From Okamejei kenojei (Eukaryota): a DNA stretch of 64,000 nucleotides. The first letter of the stretch is position 1. The number at the start of each line of letters is the position of its first letter. The notes under the pieces were generated by a model that was not told the origin of the DNA, did not search any database, and worked only from the letters and a program-made list of their open reading frames with translations. Of the stretch, positions 1 through 12,364 are shown piece by piece. The stretch is from NCBI GenBank assembly GCA_035221665.1, contig CM069160.1, forward strand, positions 30,442,001 to 30,506,000, written 5' to 3'. The translations under genes were made by a program, and so were the position numbers.

Positions 1-908
1 TGTGGATAATGAAGTAGATTCTCAAAGTCTACAGAGAGATTTGGGCCATTTGGAAAAGTGGGCTGAAAGATGGCAGATGGAGTTTAATGCTGATAAGTGT
101 GAAGTGCTACATCTTGGCAGGACAAATCAAAATAGGACGTACATGGTAAATGGTAGGGAATTGAGGAATGCTGTGGAACAGAGGGATCTAGGAATAACTG
201 TGCATAGTTCCCTGAAGGTGGAATCGCATGTAGATAGGGTGGTAAAGAAAGCCTTTGGTGTGCTGGCCTTTATAAATCAGAGCATTGAATATAGGAGTAG
301 GGAAGTAATGTTAAAATTGTACAAGGCATTGGTAAGACCAATTCTGGAGTATGGTGTACAATTTTGGTTGCCTAGTTATAGGAAGGATGTCAACAAAATA
401 GAGAGAGTACAGAGGAGATTTACTAGAATGTTGCCAGGGTTCCAGCAACTATGTTACAGAGAAAGGTTGAACAAGTTAGGTCTTTATTCTTTGGAGCGCA
501 GAAGGTTAAGGGGGGACTTGATTGAGGTCTTTAAAATGATGAAAGGGATAGACAGAGTTGACGTGGATAAGCTTTTCCCATTGAGGGTAGGGAAGATTCA
601 AACAAGAGGGCATGACATGAGAATTAAGGGACAGAAGTTTAGGGGTAACGTGAGGGGGAACTTCTTTACTCAGAGGGTGGTGGCTGTGTGGAATGAGCTT
701 CCAGCAGAGGTGGTGGAGGCAGGATCGATTTTAACATTTAAAAGTAAAGTGGATAGGTATATGGACGTGAAGGGAATGGAGGGGTATGGTCTGAGTGCAG
801 GTAGATGGGACTAGGGGAAAACAAATGGTCGGCACGGACTGGAAGGGCCGAGAGGGCCTGTCTCCGTGCTGTAATTGTTATATGGTTATATGGTTATATG
901 GTTATATG
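1..908 (+). mobile_element. CR1 LINE 3' portion (RT C-terminus) with (ATATGGTT)n tail
   Basis: ORF WQMEFNADKC..LVRPILEYGVQFW..FFTQRVV and an octamer-repeat 3' end. Confidence 0.95.
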
Positions 909-1206
909 ACAGGTTTGCACTTTGATATTTCTGTGCAAGCATTTGTTCAAAGGGTATAAGCTGCACCTCACAGTTAGAGGGGATGAATCTAATGACTCAT
1001 ATGCAAGTGTTGACATTATATCAATCAGGACCGAATGTGGTGCTCCATTTATGAACGAGCTGGCTTTTAAATGAAGCACAAGCTAAAATTCTCTCATCCA
1101 GACCTTTGGGACTCGACGAAAGAAATTGTTTCGTGAGCAGGAGAACTATATATTTTTTCAAATATAGACATTCTCCAGGTCATGTAAGGGAACTGGTCTT
1201 TGGAAC

Positions 1207-1508
1207 GGCACAGTGGCGCAGCTGGTAGAGCTGCTGCCTCACAACGCCAGAGACACGGGTTCGATACAGACGACGATGCTGTCTGTGTAGAGTTTGTACA
1301 TTCTCAGTGTGACCGCGTGGGTTTCCTCCGGGTGCTCCGGTTTCCTCCCACACTTCAAAGACGTACAGGTTTGTAGGTTAATTGGCTTCTGTAAATTACC
1401 CATTGTGTTTTGGATAGTGCCAGTGTATGGGGTGATCGGTGGTCTGGGGCAGACTCGGCGGGCCGAAGGAACTGTTGCCACGTATTTCCAAAGTCTAAAG
1501 TCTAAATA
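1207..1508 (+). mobile_element. tRNA-derived SINE (HE1-type). Many further copies, e.g. about 10238, 16975(-), 26243, 35225, 35880, 50580(-), 53380, 60380
   Basis: A/B-box head GGCACAGTGGCGCAG..GGGTTCGAT, conserved core, CR1-like 3' end and short repeat tail. Confidence 0.85.
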
Positions 1509-2009
1509 GTAGGTTGTTCTTTCTTTATATAACCGCAAGGAAAAGATGTTTAGCAGAATGCTGTCTGGATTAGAGGCTTTAAGCCAGGGGTCGGCAACCT
1601 ACGGCCCACGGGCCGGATCTGGCACGTGATCCGAAATCATCCGGCCCGCAGGCGTATTTTTTAAAATTCGTTTTCGCGACCTGGGAACTGCAGCCAGTCC
1701 CGGGGCAGGCGAGCCGACCTGGGCACTACAGCCAGTCCCGGGGCAGGTGAGCCGAGTTTAAGAGAGAGTGTGGATAGACTTGGATTGTTTTCTCTGGAAC
1801 GTCAGAGGTACAGATGATTCATGAGAGGAGTATATAAAATTATGAGAGGCATAGATATGGTAGACAGTCAGAACCTTTTTCCCAGGTTGGAAATCCAGAT
1901 TATCCACAACACTGTTCAGCTGGATGGTGATGGGGCAATGAGTTTTGCTCTGTTTTATTAATTGTTTTAAAGGTTTGTTATTTGTTAGTTGTTATTAACC
2001 CGTGTTTAA

Positions 2010-3296
2010 CATAGAAACATAGAAATTAGGGGCAGGAGCAGGCCATTCGGCCCTTCGAGCCTGCACCGCCATTCAATATGATCATGGCTGATCATCCAAC
2101 TCAGTATCCCGTACCTCCCTTCTCTTCATACCCCCTGATCCCTTCAGCCACAAGGGCCACATCCAACTCCCTCTTAAATATGGCTCAACTACCTTCTGTG
2201 GCAGAGAATTCCACAGATTCACCACTCTCTGTGTGAAAAACAATTTTCTCATCTCGGTCCTAAAAGACTTCTCCCTTATCCTTAAGCTGTGACCCCTTGT
2301 CCTGGACTTCCCCAATATCGGGAACAATCTTCCTGCACATAGCCTGTCCAACCCCTTAAGAATTTTGTAAGTCTCTATGAGATCACCCCTCAATCTTCTA
2401 AATTCCAGCGAGTACAAGCCGAGTCTATCCAGTCTTTCTTCATATGGAAGTCGTGCCATCCCAGGAATCAGTCTGGTGAACCTTCTCTGTACTCCCTCTA
2501 TGGCAAGAATGTCTTTCCTCAGATTAGGAGACCAAAACTGTACGCAATACTCCAGGTGTGGCCTCACCAAGACCCTGTACAACTGCAGTAGAACTGCAGT
2601 TTAACAGCCTTTCATGGGGGTCAAGGAAAGAGCGTTCCCGTCGCGGCCCTGTTTTCACCAATCTTTCCACCACCGCCCACAAGAAGCACAAGACAGACGC
2701 CATTGTGGTTTGCAGATGCCGAGAAGTGGGTTCAGCTCTGGCTGAACAACTTCTAATCTTGTGTGTGGACTCGATAAGAAGAAGAACAGCCTTTCATTAC
2801 AACTTCAGCACATTAATACAAAAGACAATAGGTGCAGGAGTAGGCCATTTGGCCCGCCAAGCCAGCACCGCCATTCAATGTGATCATGGCTGATCATCCC
2901 CAATTAGTACCCCGTTCCTGCCTTCTCCCCATATCCCCCGACTCCGCTATTTTTAAGAGCCCTATCTAGCTCTCTCTTGCAAGCATCCAGAGAACCTGCC
3001 TCCACTGCCCTCTGAGGCAGAGAATTCCACAGACTCACCACTCTCTGTGAGAAAAAGTGTTTCCTTGTCACCATTCTAAATGGCTTACTCCTTATTCTTA
3101 AACTGTGGCCCCTGGTTCTGGACTCCCCCAACATCGGGAACATGTTTCCTGCCTCTAGCGTGTCCAAGCTCTTAACAATCTTATATGTTTCAATGAGATC
3201 TCCTCTCATCCTTCCAAACTCCAGAGTGTACAAGCCCAGCTGCTCCATTCTCTCAGCATATGACAGTCCCGCCATCCCGGGAATTAACCTTGTAAG
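2010..3296 (-). mobile_element. Two CR1 3' fragments (about 2010-2590 and 2825-3296)
   Basis: Minus-strand ORFs with LVRPHLEYCVQFW and RTRGHSLRI..GYGEKAGTGY. Confidence 0.9.
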
Positions 3297-3374
3297 CCTA
3301 ATACCTCTTAATATGGCCAGCCACCTGGACCTGGTAGGTTTGCAATGTGGATAGTTACGAATTTATGCACTTAC

Positions 3375-3407
3375 CGTACTGTTGGACTGACTTGTCTTTT
3401 TCTAGTT
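3375..3407 (-). CDS. Gene 1 cytoplasmic micro-exon (ELEKDKSVQQY)
   Basis: 33 nt, ttttccAG acceptor and G|GTAAGT donor, phase 1-1. Resembles the short coiled-coil exons of butyrophilins. Confidence 0.7.
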
Positions 3408-3859
3408 CTGGAAAAGTCAACAATTTAATTCTAATTAGTATCAAAAACAGTAGCTGATGTAATCATATATATTTTCACTTGCTGGAATGAGTAGCGGTCC
3501 TGGCCTCCATTCCACCTCAGTGGAGACCTCTGCACTATCTTTCAGAGGTATCGACCAGAGAAGGGGCAGTGCTGGACCTCCTGTTAAGAAATGAGGTAGG
3601 TCAGGTGACGGAGGTATGCGTTGGTGAGCACTTCGGGACCAGTGATCACAATACCATTAGTTTCAATATAATTATGGAGAGAGTCAGAACTTAATCCAAC
3701 AATATTGTAGCTTGCAATGAATGCTTGATTATTCAGCAGCGGGGGCTAGAGAGTACCCCTGTGACTGTACACCTGGAAAATAGGTGTACACCTGGAAAAT
3801 AGAATGCTTGATTATTCAGAGGCAGGGGCTAGAGAGTACCCCTGTGAATGTACACCTGG

Positions 3860-6800
3860 AAAATAGGTACTCGGGTTTGAGTACGATTGGAGGGGACAGC
3901 CTACCTGGGGGCAGCAACAGCGGCCGGGTCTCCGGCACAGAGACCGGCCCTGATGCTCAGAAGGGTAGCAAAAAGAGGAGGGCAATTGTAATAGGGGACT
4001 CTATAGTTAGGGGGTCGGATGGGCGATTCTGTGGACGCAGTCGGGAGACCCTGATGGTAGTTTGCCTCCCTGGTGCCAGGGTCTCGCATGTGTCGGAACG
4101 TGTCCAAAGATTCTGAAAAGGGAGGGAGAGGAGCCTGATGTTGTGGTACACATAGGTACCAATGACATAGGCAGAAAAAGAGACGAGGTCCTGAAAGGAG
4201 AATTTAGGGAGTTGGGGGGGAAAGTTAAGGAGAAGGACCAAAAGAGTAACGATTTCAGGATTACTGCCTGTGCCGCGTGACAGTGAGAGTAGGAATGGAA
4301 TGAGGTGGAGGATAAATGCATGGCTGAGGGACTGGTGCAGTGGGCAGGGATTCAAGTTTCATAATCATTGGGACCTCTTTTGGGGAAGGCATGATCTGTA
4401 CAAAAAGGACGGGTTGAACTTGAACCCGAGGGGGACCAATATCCTGGCAGGGAGATTTGCAAAGGCTACTGGGCAGACTTTAAACAAGAAAGGCTGGGGG
4501 AAGGGACTCGGGTAGAGGGGGCTAGAGTACAGGGCGTGGGGCGAGAGGCAGAGAAGGGAAGCACCCGGACCCAAAATGTAGGCGAGAAAGAGGAAAAAGA
4601 TAATAGACAGAGAATAAGGGATGGTGGGTTTCTAAAATGTGTATATTTTAATGCTAAGTTCATTGTAAGAAAGGTGGATGAACTTAGAGCCTGGATTGAC
4701 ACATGGAAATATAATGTTGTGGCAATCAGTGAAACATGGTTGCAGGACGGCTGTGATTGGAAACTAAATATTCCAGGATTTTGTTGCTTCAGGTGTGATA
4801 GAATTGGAGGGACCAGAGGTGGAGGTGTTGCATTGCTTGTCAGAGAGGATATTACAGCAGTGCTTTGGCAGGATAGATTAGAGGGCTCGTCTAGGGAGGC
4901 TATTTGGGTGGAACTGAGAAGTGGGAACGGTGTAGCAACACTTTTAGGGGTGTATTATAGACCGTCAAATGGGGAGCGAGAATTGGAAGAGCAAATATGC
5001 AAGGAGATAGCAGATATTAGTAGTAAGCACAAGGTAGTGATTGTGGGAGATTTCAATTTTCCAAAAATAGACTGGGAAACACATTCTGTAAATGGGCTGG
5101 ATGGTTTGGAGTTTGTAAAATGTGTGCAGGATAGTTTTTTGCAGCAGTACATAGAGGTATCGACCAGAGAAGGGGCAGTGCTGGACCTCCTGTTAGGAAA
5201 TGAGGCAGGTCAGGTGACGGAGGTATGCGTTGGTGAGCACTTCGGGACCAGTGATCACAATACCATTAGTTTTAATATAATTATGGAGAGAGTCAGAACT
5301 GGACATAGGGTGGAGATTTTTGATTGGAGAAAGGCTAACTTTGAGGGAATGCGTAAGGATTTAAAAGGAGTGAATTGGGACACTTTGTTTCATGGGAAGG
5401 ATGTAGAAGAGAAATGGAGGACATTTAAAGGGGAAATTGTACGAGTACAGAATCTTTATGTCCCTGTTAGGTTGAAAGGAAATAGTGAAAATTGGAAAGA
5501 GCCATGGTTTTCAAGGGAATTCGGACACGTTTCGAAAAAAGAGAGGTATCTACAATAATTATAGGAGGCATGGAGTAAATGAGATGCTAGAGGAGTATAA
5601 AGAATGTAAAAAGAATCTTAAGAAAGAAATTAGGAAGGTTAAAAGAAGATATGAGGTTGCTTTGGCAAGAAAGGTGAAAGTAAATCCAAAGGGTTTCTAC
5701 AGCTATATTAATAGCAAAAGGATAATGAGGAATAAAATTGGACCATTAGAGAGCCAGAATGGACAGCTATCTGCAGAGCCAAAAGAGATGGGGGAGATAT
5801 TGAACAATTTATTTTCTTCGGTATTCACCAAGGAGAAGGATATTGAACTCTGTGAGGTATGGAAAAAAAAATAGAGTAGCTATGGAAACTATGAGATTCA
5901 AAGAGGAGGAAGTACTGACACTTTTGAAAAATATAAAAGTGGATAAGTCTCCAGGTCCTGACAGGATATTCCCTAGGACATTGAGGGAAGTTAGTGTAGA
6001 AATAGCAGGAGCTATGACAGAAATATTTCAAATGTCATTAGAAACGGGAATAGTGCCAGAGGATTGGCATACTGCGCATTGTTCCATTGTTTAAAAAGGG
6101 TTCAAAGAATAAACTTAGCAATTATAGACCTGTTAGTTTGACGTCAGTGGTGGGCAAATTAATGGAAAGGATACTTAGAGATAATATATATAAGCATCTG
6201 GATAAACAGGGTCTGATCAGGAACAGTCAACATGGATTTGTGCCTGGAAGGTCTTGTTTGACAAACCTTCTTGAATTTTTTGAAGAGGTTACTAGGGAAA
6301 TTGATGAGGGTAAAGCAGTGGATGTTGTCTATATGGATTTCAGTAAGACCTTTGACAAGGTTCCCCATGGAAGGTTGGTTAAGAAGGTTCAATCTTTCGG
6401 TGTTAATGGCAAAGTAGCAAGATGGATTCAACAGTGGCTGAATGGGAGATGTCAGATAGTGGATGGCTGTTTGTCAGGTTGGAAGCCGGTGACCAGTGGG
6501 GTGCCTCAGGGATCTGTGTTGGGTCCACTGTTGTTTGTCATGTACATCAATGATCTGGATGATGGGGTGGAAAATTGGATAAGTAAGTCTGCAGATGATA
6601 CTAAGATAGGTGGTGTTGTGGATAATGAAGTAGATTTTCAAAGACTAGAGAGATTTGGGCCATTTGGAAAAGTGGGCTGAAAGATGGCAGATGGAGTTTA
6701 ATGCTGATAAGTGTGAAGTGCTACATCTTGGCAGGACAAATCAAAATAGGACATACATAGTAAATGATAGGGAATTGAGGAATGCTGTGGAACAGAGAGA

Positions 6801-7505
6801 TCTAGGAATAACTGTGCATAGTTCACTGAAGGTGGAATCGCATGTAGATAGGGTGGTAAAGAAAGCCTTTGGTGTGCTGCCCTTTATAAATCAGAGCATT
6901 GAATATAGGAGTAGGGAAGTAATGTTAAAATTGTACAAGGCATTGGTAAGACAAATTCTGGAGTATGGTGTACAATTTTGGTCGCCTAATTATAGGAAGA
7001 ATGTCAACAAAATAGAGAGAGTACAGAGGAGATTTACTAGAATGTTGCCTGGGTTCCAGCAACTATGTTACAGAGAAAGGTTGAACAAGTTAGGTCTTTA
7101 TTCTTTGGAGCGCAGAAGGTTAAGGGGGGACTTGATTGAGGTCTTTAAAATGATGAAAGGGATAGACAGAGTTGACGTGGTTAAGCTTTTCCCATTGAGG
7201 GTAGGGAAGATTCAAACAAGAGGGCATGACATGAGAATTAAGGGACAGAAGTTTAGGGGTAACGTGAGGGGGAACTTCTTTACTCAGAGGGTGGTGGCTG
7301 TGTGGAATGTGCTTCCAGCAGAAGTGGTGGAGGCAGGATCGATTTTAACATTTAAAAGTAAAGTGGATAGGTATATGGACGGGAAGGGAATGGAGGGGTA
7401 TGGTCTGAGTGCAGGTAGATGGGACTAGGGGAAAACAAATGGTCGGCACGGACTGGAAGGGCCGAGAGGGCCTGTTTCTGTGCTGTAATTGTTATATGGT
7501 TATAT
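3860..7505 (+). mobile_element. Near full-length CR1 LINE: ORF1 esterase remnant plus ORF2 APE endonuclease-RT, frameshifted
   Basis: ORF1 has IVIGDSIVRG, VVVHIGTND and DGLxLN (SGNH-like). ORF2 has [36 protein letters not shown] and ADD. Confidence 0.95.
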
Positions 7506-7644
7506 TATATTTTTATACGCAATTTAGTTTGTATTTTAAATACCATCGCCCTCCACCAGTTTAGTCAAAGAACGAGAAAAATATACTCAATGTTAGGCAA
7601 CCTAGAACCAGAGGATACAAAAGTTTGTGTCTATCTTTAGTACA

Positions 7645-8135
7645 AAAACCAGCATCTGCAGTTCCTTGTTTCCAAGATAGACACAAAATGCTGGAGTAAC
7701 TCAGCGGGACAGGCAGCATCTCTGGGGAGAAGGAATGGGTGACGTTTCAGGTCGAGACCCTTCTTCAGACTGGTTAGGGGTAAGGGAAACGAGAGATATA
7801 GAGATACAGGTGATGTGGAGAGATAAAGAACAAAGAAATGAAAGATACGTAAAACAGTAACGATAATAAAAGATGTAAGAAAGAACTGCAGATGCGGTTT
7901 AAAATCGAAGGTAGACACAAAATGCTGAAGTAACTCTGTGGGTGAAGCAACAACTCTGGAGAGAAGGAATGGGTGATGTTTGGTGTCGAGACCCTTCTTC
8001 AGACTAAATTAAACTCTAAACTTGAATGCTTCAGTCTGAAGAAGGTTCTCGACCCTAAATGTCACCCATTCCTTCTCTCCAGAGATGCTGCCTGACCCGC
8101 TGAGTTTCTCCAGCATTTTGTGCCTACCTGCAATG
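7645..8135. mobile_element. Penelope-terminus-derived short repeats in inverted (fold-back) arrangement, with dozens of copies across the window
   Basis: GAACTGCAGATGCTGG..GAGTAACTCAGCGGG..GACGTTTCGGGTCGAGACCCTTCTTCAGAC. The same sequence terminates the GIY-YIG fragment at 11197-11300. Confidence 0.75.
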
Positions 8136-9048
8136 ATAAAAAATACAGGCCATTGTTAGCTGTTTGCAAGAGCGGAACTCGCTATCCAAACATGGAGGGG
8201 ACCGGGGGACAGGGACACACACCATTTTTTGGCGGCCGCGTGCGCATGCGCACGCGCACACTCATGCGGGAGGCTTCGGAGGCTCAATCCAGCGCTAAAT
8301 GCAGCTCAACTGTCTGTCTCGCCGGGTTAACTACAGCCCTGCCTGGACTGACAGGACACAGGCGCTGCTTCTCCGTGCTGGCCATATTTCCCGCAAGCCC
8401 AGGCAGGTTCACCAGACAGAGTTGAGCTGGGTTTAGCGCTGCTTCTCTGCGTTGGCTGTGGGCCTGGGGGTACAGCTCGCGTCTGACGCCCGACCTCTCT
8501 GGCTACCCATGGCTGGGTGGGGGGCACTCGAGTGGGGACGGGACAACGCTGGAGATGAGGCTGTGGATGAGGCGCAGGTCTGTGCCTCGTCTCCCTCCTC
8601 CCATCACCGCGCTCTATCCTCAGTCCCAACCCCCTCCCTACTCCTCCCTCCTCCAATCATCGCGCTGAATCATCATGTCCCGCCCCCCTTGCCTGCTGAC
8701 CGACGTCTCTCTCGTCCAATCGGCGCCCTCGATCGGCAGTCCCACCTCCACTGTCTCGCGGAAAGCGGAGATTTTAAAATCCTGATTACATAAATTTGGG
8801 GGGGGGGGGGGGATGTCCCCCACCTCTCAAAACATGGGGAGGATGTGTCCCCTCTGGCCCCCCTGGGTTTTCCGTCCCTGGCTGTTTCTAAGGTGAAAAC
8901 GAGAACTAGCGTTAATGGTTGACCGATGGTTGGCGTGGACGAAGTGGGCCGAAGGGCTACTTTCTACTCTGTACCTCTAAACTAAACTCAAAATGTGATT
9001 GCTATCGTTTCCGTTCATTCTTAGCGATGAAAGAGTAACATGAGTTTC

Positions 9049-9632
9049 TAAAATTGTACAAGGCATTGGTAAGACCAATTCTGGAGTATGGTGTACAATT
9101 TTGGTCGCCTAGTTATAGGAAGGATGTCAACAAAATAGAGAGAGTACAGAGGAGATTTACTAGAATGTTGCCAGGGTTCCAGCAACTATGTTACAGAGAA
9201 AGGTTGAACAAGTTAGGTCTTTATTCTTTGGAGCGCAGAAGGTTAAGGGGGGACTTGATTGAGGTCTTTAAAATGATGAAAGGGATAGACAGAGTTGACG
9301 TGGATACGTTTTTCCCATTGAGGGTAAGGAAGATTCAAACAAGAGGGCATGACATGAGAATTAAGGGACAGAAGTTTAGGGGTAACGTGAGGGGGAACTT
9401 CTTTACTCAGAGGGTGGTGGCTGTGTGGAATGAGCTTCCAGCAGAAGTGGTGGAGGCAGGATCGATTTTAACATTTAAGAGTAAAGTGGATAGGTATATG
9501 GACGTGAACGGAATGGAGGGGTATAGTCTGAGTGCAGGTAGATGGGACTAGGGGAAAACAAATGGTCGGCATGGACCGGAAGGGCCGAGAGGGCCTGTTT
9601 CCGTGCTGTAATTGTTATATGGTTATATGGTT
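9049..9632 (+). mobile_element. CR1 3' fragment, same subfamily as 1-908
   Basis: Near-identical translation and ATATGGTT tail. Confidence 0.93.
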
Positions 9633-9694
9633 TTCCATTTTATGTTGAAAGCTGACGGATAATTGCCCAGTGGCAGTGGTAGATTAGACGGTAC

Positions 9695-9814
9695 CTTTCA
9701 TGTGATTACGTCTTCTTACAGTCCAAAAAATAGCTAAACCAAGCGCGATCAACAGAAGACAAAGAGCCAGGCATAAGAACACCAGCCAGCCTGAAACAAC
9801 TGGGAAGAAGATAT
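9695..9814 (-). CDS. Gene 1 transmembrane exon (DIFFPVVSGWLVFLCLALCLLLIALGLAIFWTVRRRNHMK)
   Basis: 120 nt, ttgcAG acceptor and AAG|GTACCG donor, phase 1-1. A hydrophobic helix is followed by an RRR stop-transfer, and DxFFP is typical of butyrophilin TM exons. Confidence 0.9.
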
Positions 9815-11196
9815 CTGCAATAGAAATGTCAGTGATTAGACAATGTTGCGTGGAAAATATTCATGTTCATAAGTTCTAGGGGCAGAATTAGGCCATTCAG
9901 CCCCTCTGGTCTACTCCACCATTCAATCATGCCTGATCTATCGTTCCCTCTCAACCCCATTCTCCTGCCTTGTCCCCATAACACCCGTACTGCCAATACC
10001 CATCTTAAAAATATCAATAGACTTGGCCTCTACAGCCATCTGTGGCAATGAATTCCACAGATTCATCACCCTCTGACTGAAGAAATTGTTCCACACAAAT
10101 CAATCCTTTGCACATTTACTGAAAGAAAAACACGGTTAATATTCATAGGCGTAAAATGGTGGAGTAACTCAGCAGGTCAGGCAGCATCACTGGAGATAAG
10201 GAATAGGTGACATTTCAGATCAAGACCCTTCTTCTTGGTGCAGTGGTAGAGTTGCTACCTTACGGCACCAGAGACCTGGGTTCGATCCTGATTACGGGTG
10301 CTATCTGTATGGAGTTTGCATGTTCTCCCTGTGACCAGGTGGGTTTTCTCCGGATTCCTCCCACACTCAAAAGACGTTCAGGCACGTAGGTTAATTGGCT
10401 TCTGTAGATTGTGCCTGGTGTGTAGGATAGCGCTAGTGTACGGGGTGATTGCTGGTTGGTGTGGGCTCGGTAGCTCGAAGGGCCTGTCTCCGCGCTGTAT
10501 CCCTAAAACTCATCAGGCACAACCAAGATGGTTCGGCAGGTGGCCACTCTGAGATTTCAGGAAGGACATCCTTGCAATTGAGGGAGTGCAGCGTAGGTTC
10601 ACGAGATTAATCCCCGGGATGGCGGGACTGTCATATGAAGAAAGATTGGAAAGACTGGGCTTGTATTCACTGGAGTTTAGAAGAATGAGAGGGGATCTTA
10701 TGGAAACATATAAGATTATTATGGGTTATAAAAATTATAAAAGGACTGGACAAACTAGTTGCAGGAAAAGGGTTCCCAATGATGGGGGAGTCCAGAACCA
10801 GGGGCCACAGTCTAAGAATAAAGGGGAGGCCATTTAAAACTGAGATGAGAAAAAACGTTTTCACCCAGAGAGTTGTGAATTTGTGGAATTCCATGCCAAA
10901 GGCAGTGGAGGCCAATTCACTAGATTAATTTAAAAGAGAGTTAGACAGAGCTTTAGGGACTAGTGGAATCAAGGGATATGGGGAGAAGGCAGGCACTGGT
11001 TACTGATTGTGGATGATCAGCCATGACCACAATGAATGACGGAGCTGGCTGGAAGGGCCGAATGGCTTCCTCCTGCACCTATTGTCTATGTTTCTATTAC
11101 CTCGAGATGATATTATTTTATTATTCCTCTCATCTGACATGTGCCGGAATTTACATCGCAAGTCAACCTATTTTAACTGCAGTTGACAATATACAA

Positions 11197-11725
11197 GTAG
11201 AGATAAAATGCTGTAGAAACTCAGCGGGTGAGGCGGCATCTATGGAGAAAAGGAGTAGGTGACGTTTAGGGTCGAGACCCAACTTCAGACTGATGTGGGG
11301 GGGAGGGGGGAAAGAAAGGAAGAGGCGGAGACAGTAGTCTATGAGGGAGAGCTGGGAAGGGAAGGGGAAGGAGGGAGAAAGCAAGGACTACCTGAAATTA
11401 GAGAAGTCAATGTTCATACCACTGGGGTGTAAACTACCCAAGCGAAATATGAGGTACTGCTCCTCCAATTTGCGCTGGGCCTCACTCTGTCAATGGAGGA
11501 GGCCCAGGACAGAAAGATCAGATTGGGAATGGGAGGGGGAGTTGAAGTGCTGGGCCACCGGGTGATCAGGTTGGTCTGTACAGACCGAGCGGAGGTGTTG
11601 GGCGAAGCGATCGCCGAGCCTGCGCTTAGTCTCACCGATGTAGAGAAGGTGACACCTAGAGCAGTGGATGCAGTAGATGAGGTTGGAGGAGGTGCCGGTG
11701 AACCTCTGCCTCACCTGGAAAGATA
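11197..11725 (-). mobile_element. Penelope-like element 3' fragment (GIY-YIG endonuclease) with 14-bp flanking duplication
   Basis: IYCIHC..LLYIGETKRRLGDRFAQH..PVAQHF. TTGACAATATACAA occurs at 11183-11196 and 11726-11739. Confidence 0.88.
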
Positions 11726-11741
11726 TTGACAATATACAAAC

Positions 11742-12026
11742 CTGCGATCTCAATAATGGCTTCCTGTTCTTTCGCCAATACTCGATTCCATAAAATACAG
11801 CTGAACTTGTTTGTCGAACCTTGTGATACAGTTACTTTGCTCTGGGCATTAATAAGTTGTTTCGAATCCTGCTGATAATTTATATCAGATTTTAAAGTTA
11901 AATTCTCTTTCTCGCCACGAATCCATTGTATCGATGGTGCGGGATACCAGCCAGTAGACTCACAGACCAGCTGAATTCCACTTTTCTCATATCCTCTGAT
12001 GTAGATCCAGTGGTCATGACCCAAAC
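11742..12026 (-). CDS. Gene 1 IgC exon (GLGHDHWIYIRGYEKSGIQLVCESTGWYPAPSIQW..FSCILWN)
   Basis: 285 nt, phase 1-1. G-I-x-L-x-C-x-S-x-GWYP is a butyrophilin IgC motif. Confidence 0.93.
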
Positions 12027-12364
12027 CTATAAAGATTAACAAGGATCAAGTATACTTAGAATGTAGCAACAAGTTCATAAGTTCATAATTCATAGGAGCA
12101 GGTTTAGGATATTTGGCCCATCGAGTCAATAGACAATAGTTGCAGGAGTAGGCCATTCGGCCCTTCGAACCAGCACCGCCATTCACTGTGATCATGGCTG
12201 TTCATCCACAATCAGTACCCCGTTCCTGCCTTCTCCCCATATCCCATGACTTGGGAGATATGGGAGATCCCAATATATAGATAGGGGTCTTAAAGATAGC
12301 GGAGTCAGGGGATACGGGGAGAAGGCAGGAACGGGGTACTGCTTGTGGATGATCAGCCATGACC

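Noticed and set aside
1207-1270. tRNA-like sequences here and at many other sites
   Set aside because: They are SINE heads continuing into SINE body and tail, not tRNA genes.
3305-3330. Possible further micro-exon of gene 1
   Set aside because: It would need an intron of only 44-50 nt, is 20 or 26 nt long (not a multiple of 3) and hits TAA in phase 1. It remains possible only if a base is missing in the assembly.
7543-7601. AG..GT-bounded segment between the TM and micro-exon
   Set aside because: Stops in all three frames and no homology.
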